A stretch of DNA of 64,000 bases, from assembly GCA_913043225.1 (NCBI GenBank), contig CAJWLU010000001.1, positions 256,001 to 320,000 on the forward strand, in the 5' to 3' direction. This document shows, one piece after another, positions 41,601 to 49,905 of this stretch; within the stretch, counting starts at the first letter, position 1; every line of letters begins with the position of its first letter. The DNA comes from an uncultured Acidobacteriota bacterium. Lineage in GTDB: Bacteria; Acidobacteriota; Vicinamibacteria; Vicinamibacterales; UBA8438. Made by a program: the position numbers and the translations under genes. The notes under the pieces are model-generated. The model did no database searches and was not told where the DNA came from. It saw nothing but the letters and a program-made list of their open reading frames with translations.

Positions 41601-41914
41601 GCGAACTCGAGCTCCAGGGTGCGACCGATCTCAAGCGTGATACCGCGCTGCACCGCGCGCTGAAAACCGGGAAGCTCTGCCACCACTTCCCATCGACCAG
41701 TGGGCAGGGCGGGAAGAAAAAATCGGCCCTGGCTATCAGTTACGCGTTCGACCCGTAGGCCGCTGTCGGGATGACTCGCGACGATCGTCGCGCCGGGAAG
41801 CACGCCACCGCTGCCGTCGACAACCAGGCCGCCTATTTCGCCGGTGTTGGCTTGAGCGCCCAGCCCGACCGTAGCCACGCCCAGCAACCAGATCACGAAA
41901 CCCCAAATCCTCAT
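38660..41914 (-). CDS. TonB-dependent receptor (Oar-like, N-terminal carboxypeptidase-regulatory domain)
   Basis: Signal peptide from ATG 41914; PLNGRQFLQL, QEFKIQ, TKSGAN, YAQDDWRV, C-terminal QFGLRYSF. Confidence 0.92.
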   Translation of the reverse strand: MRIWGFVIWLLGVATVGLGAQANTGEIGGLVVDGSGGVLPGATIVASHPDSGLRVERVTDSQGRFFLPALPTGRWEVVAELPGFQRAVQRGITLEIGRTLELEFALTLGAVSEEVVVEVTAPLLQVTTAEISDVIETREVEQIPLNGRQFLQLAQLSDAVVIPPGGTRGAALQQAGPLPNVGGQRAGHNIYLLDGFKVTDELFNNLVINPSVDSIQEFKIQKSMYPPEFGGKASALINVATKSGANRFSGSLFEFVRDERFDAHNFFDDRSLPVPPLDQHQYGGSFGGPIVPDRTFFFVSYERQDTKRSLTKTFSVPTSTLRSGDFTGWDSICDPSTIDAGTGACAPFPGNRIPADRLDPIAQAFLANVPLPNGTGEFQNLTSVEQQDKDVHQFSVRVDHRLTDTQQMFVRFSTFDADEIQPFGTSVQQESLVPGFGRSLDTTTRNLGVSHTKTFGVSMLNEFRFGYMSVDGGQRSANAGFDFAGNVGLLGVSRNPRDVGFPQISTGGLFSTMGDPTTFVSRDNEHLELYNNFLIDRGAHRFKFGGYLFHLKFRPLNADTARGAFSYTGQWTGNALADLLLGFPTSARSGVGGGDEDARTTWLHLYAQDDWRVRDNLTINYGLRYEYNAHMKDVDNELSSIDLSVPGGRFVIASDDQGNISSDAQALLPLIPIPWVTSSEIGWERSLLRPSKVRLAPRTGFALSLGEERPAVIRGGYGIFLNQWAYSVQTAFSRNLPFFFLKQVDAPSDQLVPSLQTRNILSSDSTGSIGGTIMDNDYQVEYTQTWSGGVQIEAFPRTMLEVLYMGSYTLGADNSTIRNVPEPGPGPIDARRPIPQLSAIRAIRFDGKSIYHALTFKAERRFDGRFSFNAAYTLSRSLDDASSPGATAFESNVPQDVRNIFPGEEALSSFDRRHQLVASGSYQLPFFERAGGTAELLAAGWRLNAILTVQSGAPFTVNLAQDIANIGSGPFQRPDRIGDPNLSAGQRSATEWFNTAAFALQAPFTFGSAPRNSVFAPGFAVVDLSVQKDWQVNEGRLQFRWEIFNLLNRANFDVPNRIFGTPNFGRIFSAQNAREMQFGLRYSF

Positions 41915-42049
41915 CTTCCTACAGTCCTCTTCTGACAATGCCCACAATCCAGTCCACGGCCGCTGACTGTAGTTTGAACCCAAGACGAACACAACAGACA
42001 CGGAAAATACAGTTACCGCCGGCCAAGCATAAATCCCATGGAGATAGAT

Positions 42050-43171
42050 TTACGCCGGTGACCGCAACGAAACCAGTAGGCGCTCTCCCACCAGATCACG
42101 CCGCCAGCCGAGCCACTCCGGCGGAGGCTCGCCGGAGTGGACATGCACCTGTACCACCAGCGATTCGAGGGCACGTCTAGAAGCCAGCAGTTCGGGAGGA
42201 AGCTCGAGCTGCGCCGCAGCCTCCACGACAATCCGCTTCAACGCGTCGACACGACGGGCCAACGGTCGCATGTCGACCTGCCGATCGAGAGTTCCTGGGC
42301 CCTCTTCCCGACCGGTCCGGACGACCGCGTCCAACTCCTCGCCGTAGCGATCCAACACCGCCCTTGACAGACCTCGCACCCCTCGCGAGGGCGCCTTCCC
42401 GGTACACCGGGCAAGCGCCACCAACGCGGTATCCCCAACGAGATGACGACGGGGCAGGTTCCGGGCCTGAGCCTCGCGCTCACGCCATCCGGCCAGAGCC
42501 CGAAGCACGGCGTGGTCAGGGGCCGTCAGCCCCCCCCTGCCCTTCACCCGGAGATAAGCAGCGTCCGCTCCGGCATCAGTCGCTCGCGTCCGGCGGAAGC
42601 GCTCTTGATCCTCGCGCAACCAAGCCAGTCGGCCCAACGCGGCCAGCGACGCAGACAGCCGCTCCCGAAGCTGATGGAGGTAGGCCACGTCGAGCGCTGC
42701 ATAGCTGAGCTGGGACGGGGTCAGCGGTCGTCGGCGCCAGTCTGACCTCGTCTCCCCTTTGTCCAGCTCGACACCGAGCAGGGAGGCCACGAGCCCTCGG
42801 TATCCGACCCCCATGCCGAGACCAGCAAAGGCTGCCGCGCGCTGGGTGTCGAAGAGCGATGCGGGAACGATGCCGACCAGCCGCTCGAACAGGTCGAAGT
42901 CCTCACCTGGAGCGTGCATAACGAACTCCACGCCCGGATCGGTGAGCAGACGCCCCAACGGGGCGAAGTCGCTCACCGCGAGCGGGTCAATGAGGACGAC
43001 CCCATCCCCGGCGTCGGCCTGAAGCAGTCCGGGGAGTGGGTAGTACGTCCGCTCCCGTACGAACTCGGTATCTAGGGCGAGCTGACCGGCCCGGAGCCAC
43101 CGATCGCAGACCGACGCCAGCTCGGCGTCAGTGGTCACGAAGGTGGGCTGGACGAAGGCTGGGCCAGGCAA
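42050..43171 (-). CDS. rnd: ribonuclease D
   Basis: ALDTEFVRERTYYP, FDTQ, SDWRRRPL, YAALDV, HRDC segment WREREA, GWR. Start uncertain (43171 or 43216). Confidence 0.93.
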   Translation of the reverse strand: MPGPAFVQPTFVTTDAELASVCDRWLRAGQLALDTEFVRERTYYPLPGLLQADAGDGVVLIDPLAVSDFAPLGRLLTDPGVEFVMHAPGEDFDLFERLVGIVPASLFDTQRAAAFAGLGMGVGYRGLVASLLGVELDKGETRSDWRRRPLTPSQLSYAALDVAYLHQLRERLSASLAALGRLAWLREDQERFRRTRATDAGADAAYLRVKGRGGLTAPDHAVLRALAGWREREAQARNLPRRHLVGDTALVALARCTGKAPSRGVRGLSRAVLDRYGEELDAVVRTGREEGPGTLDRQVDMRPLARRVDALKRIVVEAAAQLELPPELLASRRALESLVVQVHVHSGEPPPEWLGWRRDLVGERLLVSLRSPA

Positions 43172-43215
43172 GGTGGCACAGCTTACCTTGCCTACGGGGT
43201 GCGGCAACGCCTCCA

Positions 43216-43323
43216 ATAGAGCTTGCGGGTGACCTTGAACCCGAGGAACCAGGTATTCTCATCACCGCTCTGGGGGAGCCGATTCGGCGTGGAACCGAGG
43301 TTATTCGACACGTTCAGCTGAAA
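43216..43323 (-). pseudogene. C-terminal remnant of an outer-membrane beta-barrel gene (DUF5777-like)
   Basis: Reads FQLNVSNNLGSTPNRLPQSGDENTWFLGFKVTRKLY with no start of its own; TGG follows where a stop is expected. Confidence 0.6.
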
Positions 43324-43330
43324 TCCAGAA

Positions 43331-44488
43331 TCAGCGATCCGGGATCCGGGCATCCAGATCAGACCGCCGAGCCACCTCCAAGATTCGCTGGGCTACCCGA
43401 GCACTTGCGCCGGGACCGCCCAAGGCGTCCCGCACCGACCGGAGATCGGCACGGGTGGCCGCCGCATGGGCGTCGTCGCTCAGAAAGCGCACCGCCTCGG
43501 CGGCAACGGCTTCAGGCGTGAACTCTTGCTGGAGGAGCTCCGGCACGACCTTGCGCCCGGTCACCAGATTGACCATGCCAAAAGCATCGACCCGTACGAA
43601 CCGCCGACCGATCCAGTAGCTAAGCCGGGACAGCCGATACACCACGACCATCGGCCGACCATGTATGGCGGTCTGCACCGTAGCCGTCCCAGACGCCGTG
43701 AGCACCACGTCGGCCGCATTGAGTACATCGTCACTCGAGGAGGCCACCAGCAGCGGCTGGGGGGTCAGCTCCGCCAGCGGACGAAACAGCTCGTCGGAGA
43801 GCGCTGGCGCACGCGCGACGACGAACTGCGCTCGCGGCACTTGGTCTCGAATCAAGCGGGCGGCACCGATCAGGTCTGGCAGGATGGCCCGCAGCTCGTT
43901 GGGCCGGCTGCCAGGCAGCAATGCTACAAGCGGCGCCGTCTGATCGAGGCCAGTCGCCTCCCGAAACGCCTCACGGTCGCGGGCAGGTCTGGCGAGTTCC
44001 AGCAACGGATGCCCTACGAACGAGACCGGGATGTCGGCCTCCTCGTAGATCGACGTCTCGAAGGGAAAAATCACCAGGGCCCGCGACACGAACCGCCGCA
44101 TGGTCGCGAGCCGGCTGGCCCGCCACGCCCAGACCTGCGGGCAGATGTAATAGACCACCGGTACACCGAGCCCGGCCACGGCCTGACCAAGCCGAAAATT
44201 GAAGTCAGGATAGTCAATGAGGACGAGCACGTCCGGCCGCTCGGACCGAGCGGTGGCAACCAAACTCCGATACACACGCCACGAGTGAGGCAACACCGAG
44301 AGCACCTCGGCCAACCCGGTCACGGTCAGCCCCTTATAGCTGGCGACCAACCGTCCGCCTGCGGCCTCAAACCGCTCACCGCCCAGGCCGAACACCTGCA
44401 CCTCCGGCTCAAGATCCCGGAGCTCGGTGGTTAGGGCGCCGGCATACAGGTCGCCCGAGGGCTCCCCGCAGGAGAGCATGACCTTCAC
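43331..44488 (-). CDS. lpxB: lipid-A-disaccharide synthase
   Basis: GEPSGD, IDYPDFN, PQVWAWR, FVGHPL, LLPGSR, SGTAT. Confidence 0.96.
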   Translation of the reverse strand: MKVMLSCGEPSGDLYAGALTTELRDLEPEVQVFGLGGERFEAAGGRLVASYKGLTVTGLAEVLSVLPHSWRVYRSLVATARSERPDVLVLIDYPDFNFRLGQAVAGLGVPVVYYICPQVWAWRASRLATMRRFVSRALVIFPFETSIYEEADIPVSFVGHPLLELARPARDREAFREATGLDQTAPLVALLPGSRPNELRAILPDLIGAARLIRDQVPRAQFVVARAPALSDELFRPLAELTPQPLLVASSSDDVLNAADVVLTASGTATVQTAIHGRPMVVVYRLSRLSYWIGRRFVRVDAFGMVNLVTGRKVVPELLQQEFTPEAVAAEAVRFLSDDAHAAATRADLRSVRDALGGPGASARVAQRILEVARRSDLDARIPDR

Positions 44489-44539
44489 GCTCGACCTCGC
44501 TGGGCGCTCATCGATAGCGGATGGTGGTTCGGCTTCGGC

Positions 44540-46024
44540 TCAGGGGGCGGCCGCGACTCCGGCGGCCGAGGACGGGCTCGGCTCCCAGGTCTCGAGATCG
44601 GCGACAGAGAGCACTTCGTAGTCGTCGAAACCGACCCGCGACAGGTCATTCAGGAAAGTGCGGGCTTCACCTACCAGCACGATCGAAAGCGCCTGCGGCC
44701 GAAGATACTCGCGCGACACCCGCTGGATGTCGTCCACGGTAACCGCGTTGATCCGGTTGGGATAGGTGGGCAGTTCCTCGAGATCGAGACCATAGACGAG
44801 AGCTTCCAGTACCTGGGCGGCAATGGCGTTGGGCGCCTCGATAGTCAACGGAAAACTTCCCGCCAGATAGGCCTGAGCGTTCTGCAACTCGAACGGCCGG
44901 ACACGCTCGCGCTGCAACCGAGCCACCTCTTCCACCATCAACCGGAGCGCTTCAGCCGTGGCATCCGAGCGGGTGTCGGTCTTGGCCATGAAATCGCCCC
45001 CGAACCTGCGACTGGCCACGTCGGCTGACGCGGAGTAGGTCAACGACCGCTCGGTACGCAGCACGCCGCCTAACCGGTTCCCACCTTCACCGCCGAGAAT
45101 CTTCATCGCGACATCGAAGGCTAGAAAGTCGGGACTGGTACGGGCCAATCCAAGATGACCGACTCGGATCGCAGTTTGGGTTGACCCCGGCTTGTCGACG
45201 ATCACCAGCCGCTGAGTTGGCTCGGGTAGCGACGGTGACGCCGGCTCGGGTACGACCTTCCGCTCCCAGTCACCGAAGACCCGCTCTGCCATGGCAAAAA
45301 CGGTCTCGGCATCGATGTCTCCAACGATGCCCAGCAACGCATTATTCGGCGCGTAGTGCGCCTCGTGAAACGCCTGGAGGTCCTGGCGGGTGATCGCCCG
45401 CACTGTGCGCTCATTACCGTTATGCGGCAGACCGTAGGCATGCGAGCCGTAGACCAGCCGACCAAACACGATGCTGGCCAGATAGGTCGGGTCGTCATAG
45501 CTAACTTGCAGCCCCGACAGCACCTGCTGGCGTTGACGCTCGATCTCCTGCGGCGCGAACGACGGCCGGCGGACGATGTCGGCCACGAGCTCGGCGGCCA
45601 GGTCGAAGCTGTCGCGCATCACGAGCACATTGACGAAGCTCAGATCCGTGCCGGCGCCAACGTCCAGGATCCCGCCGACGTAGTCGATGGTTTCCGCGAT
45701 CTCGGTGGCAGTGCGGGTGGTCGTGCCCTGTCCCAACAACTGAGCCGCAAGCGCCCCCACCCCCTTCTTGTCGAGCGGATCTGAGGCCGCGCCGGCGGCC
45801 GTGATGAACCGTAGGTTAACCGCCGGCTGCTCGTGGTGCATGACCACGACCACCTGGAGCCCGTTCGAGAGCGTCCGGATCTCATAGGGTGGGAACGTGG
45901 CCTGACGCGCCGGCAGTGGCGGTGGCGGGCTTTCCCTGGGCCAGTCAGCCGCAGGCTGAGCGACCGCCACATGCGCCATACCGATAACAAGAGCACCCAA
46001 CACCGCGAACCTGAACCTCCGCAT
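44540..46024 (-). CDS. M16 peptidase, non-catalytic subunit
   Basis: LSNGLQV, M16 fold motifs without HxxEH, RL..VLRTERSLTY; signal peptide. Confidence 0.9.
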   Translation of the reverse strand: MRRFRFAVLGALVIGMAHVAVAQPAADWPRESPPPPLPARQATFPPYEIRTLSNGLQVVVVMHHEQPAVNLRFITAAGAASDPLDKKGVGALAAQLLGQGTTTRTATEIAETIDYVGGILDVGAGTDLSFVNVLVMRDSFDLAAELVADIVRRPSFAPQEIERQRQQVLSGLQVSYDDPTYLASIVFGRLVYGSHAYGLPHNGNERTVRAITRQDLQAFHEAHYAPNNALLGIVGDIDAETVFAMAERVFGDWERKVVPEPASPSLPEPTQRLVIVDKPGSTQTAIRVGHLGLARTSPDFLAFDVAMKILGGEGGNRLGGVLRTERSLTYSASADVASRRFGGDFMAKTDTRSDATAEALRLMVEEVARLQRERVRPFELQNAQAYLAGSFPLTIEAPNAIAAQVLEALVYGLDLEELPTYPNRINAVTVDDIQRVSREYLRPQALSIVLVGEARTFLNDLSRVGFDDYEVLSVADLETWEPSPSSAAGVAAAP

Positions 46025-47433
46025 CAGTCGTCGCCTCCGGGACGAAGAAACGACCGACCCGTCGGCGCCGGCGGGGGCATGATAGTCAGCACCAGACGGC
46101 TCTCATCGGTGAAGTAGGTCTGCGCCACCCGCTGGACATCCTCTTTGCTGATGTTCTGGAAGATGTCGAACTCAGCGTCGGCGGTCGTGATGTCGTCGTG
46201 AATCACGGCCGCGTGCGACAGATGACTGGCCTTCTGCTCGACGGTGGCCCGCGAGAAGACATAGTCGCGGGCGAACTGGTTCTTGGCCCGCTGAAGCTCC
46301 CGGTCGGACACGAACTCCGTCTTCAGGAGCTCCAGCTCGGCGATCAGCGCCGTCTCGGCCTCCTCGGTCGTTCGCCCGGGCTGGACGACCGCCACCGCAT
46401 AGAAGAGGTTCGGATCGTCGATCAGGGTACCGCTGCCAAAGGCCGAGACTGCCACCTGGTCGTCGTAGATGAGACGCCTGAAGATCCGGGAGCTCTCTCC
46501 GTCGGACAGGACCTTGGTGGCGATGTGCAGCGGATAGGCGTCGGGGTGACCGTCATAGGTGATGTGATGCGCCACCACGACCACCGGGAGCGGCCAGTTC
46601 TCGCTTTGCGACAAGGTGATGCGTCGCTCACCGGTGGGCCGCGGCTCCCGCGGGATGTCCCGCGGCACGGGGTGCTTCGCCTTCGGCACACGACCGAAGT
46701 ACTGCTTCACCAGCGCCAACGCTTCGGCTGACTCAAAATCGCCGACCAGGGTCAGGAAGGCGTTCTCAGGGACGTAGTAGGTCTCGAAGAACTCACGCAC
46801 GTCGTCGATCGATGCCGCCTCCAGATCCTCCATACTTCCGATGGCCGTGTGCTTGTACGGATGCACGTTGTAGGCTTGGTCGTACATGATTTCGGTGAGC
46901 AGCCCGAACGGCGTATCCTCGTAGCGCCAGCGGCGCTCTTCCTTCACCACTTGCCGCTCGGCTTCGAACGTCTCTTCATCAATCCGGAGGGTGGCCATTC
47001 GATCGGCCTCAAGCCAGAGCGCCAGCGGAAGATACTGCGCCGGAAACGTCTCGTGGTACTCAGTCGTGTCTTCGGTGGTAAACGCGTTCCCGGCCCCGCC
47101 GACACGCGAAATCAGCGTCAGGTGCGAATCGGGGAGAACGTTCTTGGACCCCTTGAACATCATGTGTTCGAAGAGATGAGCGAATCCGGTCCGTCCGGGG
47201 CGCTCATTCTTTGACCCGACCTTATAGACCAGCCTCGAGTGCACGATCGGCGTGGAGTGGTCCTCGGAGAGGATCACGGTAAGGCCGTTGTCGAGCGTGT
47301 GAAGCTCGTACTGGAACTTCGGGGGACGGACCGCGGTCTCGACACGCGACGTCGCGGCCAGCACACTAAGAACTGCGGCGGCGACACCCACCAAGGGGAG
47401 CCGACGGCCGAGGACGGACGGCATTCGACGCAT
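46024..47433 (-). CDS. M16 peptidase, catalytic subunit
   Basis: GFAHLFEHMMF (HxxEH), NAFT, EADRM, VKEERR; coupled to the downstream M16 gene. Confidence 0.94.
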   Translation of the reverse strand: MRRMPSVLGRRLPLVGVAAAVLSVLAATSRVETAVRPPKFQYELHTLDNGLTVILSEDHSTPIVHSRLVYKVGSKNERPGRTGFAHLFEHMMFKGSKNVLPDSHLTLISRVGGAGNAFTTEDTTEYHETFPAQYLPLALWLEADRMATLRIDEETFEAERQVVKEERRWRYEDTPFGLLTEIMYDQAYNVHPYKHTAIGSMEDLEAASIDDVREFFETYYVPENAFLTLVGDFESAEALALVKQYFGRVPKAKHPVPRDIPREPRPTGERRITLSQSENWPLPVVVVAHHITYDGHPDAYPLHIATKVLSDGESSRIFRRLIYDDQVAVSAFGSGTLIDDPNLFYAVAVVQPGRTTEEAETALIAELELLKTEFVSDRELQRAKNQFARDYVFSRATVEQKASHLSHAAVIHDDITTADAEFDIFQNISKEDVQRVAQTYFTDESRLVLTIMPPPAPTGRSFLRPGGDD

Positions 47434-47474
47434 GGCCGAATTATGGCACAGCGAGTGCGGTCGCACCGCGGCAG

Positions 47475-48287
47475 TCAGTGGCTTAGGAATCGGAAGCCGA
47501 GCATGGTGAAGGTCGTCGGCTCGAGGTCGAAAGGGTCCTGGTCGATGCGCCGTTCGCGGGCGAGGAACACCTCGCCAGCGCCGGCCAGACCGGGGAACCG
47601 GGCCCCGATCTCGATCCGGCTGCCAACCTGCCGCTCCCTTCCGAAGTCGCCGACGTCGACCGGGACAACCGTCACCTCGCCGCCCAACAGCAGCGACACC
47701 CGGGGATGCACCGGTCGATAGGCGGTGGCGCTCCCGCCAAACTCACCCAGGTAATCGACAAAGGACCGGCGGACGGTACCCATCGCGCGGTAGCTGAAAT
47801 CGAAATTCCAACCCCAGTACGACATTACCGCGGTGGATTGCAGCCCGAGCATGTTCCAAGCGATGGCGAGTTCCTTATCACGATCGGTTAGATGCCGTGA
47901 CACGTGATGGAAGACCGCGCCGACTTCCAGATGCTCGCTGATCGGGCGCCACCAGGCCGACAGGGTGATGACATAGTTGCCCTGGTTGGGGTCGATGGCC
48001 CGGATCTGCTCACCGATGATCCCCTCGTAGTTCAAGAGAAGATTGCCCCGGAAGTGCTCCAGGTCGAAGATGTCGATATCGCCGCCGAAATCAGTATCCC
48101 AGACGAAGTCCTCTTCGCCAGAGACCACGCCAAAGGCGTTCAGATGAAACCGATAGTTGGTCAGAAATCCTAGCTTGGGATCCGTCTGGCGGGCCGTCGA
48201 TGCCGCGCTGCTCGTCTGGGCCCAGGCCAGCCCTGGCCAGAAAAGCAGCACGACCGCCAGGACGAGAACCACGCGATCTCGATGCAT
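47475..48287 (-). CDS. exported hypothetical protein, probable beta-barrel
   Basis: Signal peptide AWA-Q, amphipathic strands, FHHVSRH, ends LGFRFLSH. Confidence 0.7.
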   Translation of the reverse strand: MHRDRVVLVLAVVLLFWPGLAWAQTSSAASTARQTDPKLGFLTNYRFHLNAFGVVSGEEDFVWDTDFGGDIDIFDLEHFRGNLLLNYEGIIGEQIRAIDPNQGNYVITLSAWWRPISEHLEVGAVFHHVSRHLTDRDKELAIAWNMLGLQSTAVMSYWGWNFDFSYRAMGTVRRSFVDYLGEFGGSATAYRPVHPRVSLLLGGEVTVVPVDVGDFGRERQVGSRIEIGARFPGLAGAGEVFLARERRIDQDPFDLEPTTFTMLGFRFLSH

Positions 48288-48398
48288 CTCGTCGGTGACG
48301 CTCTGGAGTCGTTGAGCCGTGAAGCCGCTGAAAGTCGGGTCGAACCGGGCGAACTGCGCGGTGAGTGTAGCACGCTGACCGCTCGCCCCCGGCGTTGG

Positions 48399-49076
48399 TC
48401 AGCAACTTTCGGGCAGGGTGCGCTCAACGAACCTGGACAGATGTTCGAGCTGGAGTTGGTCGGCGATCGCGCGTAGCCGCCCCTGGCGTTCGGCCGGCGG
48501 CAACGATAGCACCTGGCGCACTTCACGGAGCGGCTCCGATGACTGCACTGACCACTCGACCGCCGTCAGCCCACGCCGGGCGCCGCGAAACGCCAGCCAG
48601 TGACCGCCCATCTTCCCGGCGAAGTACCAAGAAATAAGGTTCGGGCCCGGCACGAAGAAGAACAGTGGACCGAACACCAGCACCGCTAGTCCGTCGACCA
48701 CCATCCAGACGCGGTGGTGGTCCTGGTCCCGCTGCAACATCCCGTTTGCGATCGACCAGGCTCGGTTGGAAGGCAGGTCGGCGGGGTGGATCAAACTCGC
48801 GGTCTGCTGATGACGCAGATGCCACAGCAGCCGCTGCTCCGCCACCCACTCGGCCAGGCCGCGGATGAGACTCGCCTTCGCCCGAGCCACCCACCCCGTC
48901 TGCGCCTCGGAAAGCCGGGCGCCGGACTCGCGCTCGGCCTGCTCGGAGGCCATCAGCTCACGAAGCCGGCGGAGCAACCGGCTGGCAAACCCGCCACGTT
49001 CAGCCTGCTCTACCTCTCGTGGCTCGCAGTAGAGCTCGTAGCGGCCTTCTCCGCCCGGCACCAGAAAGACGTCCAT
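48399..49076 (-). CDS. hypothetical membrane protein
   Basis: AAGGAGAGG upstream; hydrophobic hairpin with PGPN motif. Confidence 0.75.
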   Translation of the reverse strand: MDVFLVPGGEGRYELYCEPREVEQAERGGFASRLLRRLRELMASEQAERESGARLSEAQTGWVARAKASLIRGLAEWVAEQRLLWHLRHQQTASLIHPADLPSNRAWSIANGMLQRDQDHHRVWMVVDGLAVLVFGPLFFFVPGPNLISWYFAGKMGGHWLAFRGARRGLTAVEWSVQSSEPLREVRQVLSLPPAERQGRLRAIADQLQLEHLSRFVERTLPESC

Positions 49077-49203
49077 GATCGGCTATCCAGCCTCTCCTTA
49101 GTACTTAGCGATGGCTCCCCGTACTTGACGATGGCTCCGCCGGGAAAATCCCCATTACCGGGTGGTCAGCCTGACGCCCCTCCGATACCATGCCGATCTA
49201 CCG

Positions 49204-49824
49204 ATGCCCCAGCTGGCCAAACGCTCCTGTATGTGCCTCTGTGCCCTAGCGACGCTGGCGCTGCTCTCTGTCGCCTCGACGCGCGCCCAGCCCCCGGCGG
49301 TGACCCTGCAGGTACGGGTATTCGACGGCGTCGACGAGGTCACCGCCGACAGCGAGGTCACCGCCTACGTCACTGACGACCGTACGTCGGCGCTGGTGGC
49401 CACCTTCGCGAGTGAATCCCACTCGCTCGAACTGCAGCCGGGCATATACGACCTGCAGATCACCATGGACGGGATCGACGACACAGCCAGCGTCAAATGG
49501 TACAAGCATCTCTGGATTCAGCACTATCCGGATGAGTTAGCCGGGCACCTGGAGGTGCTGAACCTCCAAGCGGTTTTCGGCGCACTGCTGGTCCGTCCAC
49601 CGGCGGAATGGCTGGATAACGGACGGCCCTGGCATGTCGGCGCCTTCCTGACCGAAGGCGAAGGACGATCCGGATTCGAACCGGTCGAGTCCGAAGATCT
49701 GCGCCTTTTCATTCTGCCCGCCGGACACTATGACCTGAGAGCGCGCCACGGCGCGCGGGAACTAACCCGCGAGGCGGTCGAAGTACCGGCCGGCCGCACC
49801 CGCCTGATCCACCTCATTCCCTAA
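49204..49824 (+). CDS. exported hypothetical protein with Ig/prealbumin-like repeats
   Basis: Signal peptide; two LxPGxYDL-type motifs (LQPGIYDL, LPAGHYDL). Confidence 0.7.
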   Translation: MPQLAKRSCMCLCALATLALLSVASTRAQPPAVTLQVRVFDGVDEVTADSEVTAYVTDDRTSALVATFASESHSLELQPGIYDLQITMDGIDDTASVKWYKHLWIQHYPDELAGHLEVLNLQAVFGALLVRPPAEWLDNGRPWHVGAFLTEGEGRSGFEPVESEDLRLFILPAGHYDLRARHGARELTREAVEVPAGRTRLIHLIP

Positions 49825-49830
49825 AAGGAA

Positions 49831-49889
49831 TGGGCGCCGGAGACCAAGTCCCCGACGCCCAAGACTTTGTCCATCCACGGGGGATGGAC
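49831..49889. terminator. two stem-loops between convergent genes
   Basis: Imperfect TGGGCG..GAC-CAA-GTC..CGCCCA hairpin (49831-49861) and perfect GTCCATCC-N5-GGATGGAC (49869-49889). Confidence 0.5.
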
Positions 49890-49905
49890 CGGTGGTTCGG
49901 TTGGC

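Noticed and set aside
43228..43260. 6S-RNA-like CCTTGAACC motif
   Set aside because: No long rod-like self-complementarity; the opposite strand reads as a protein remnant.
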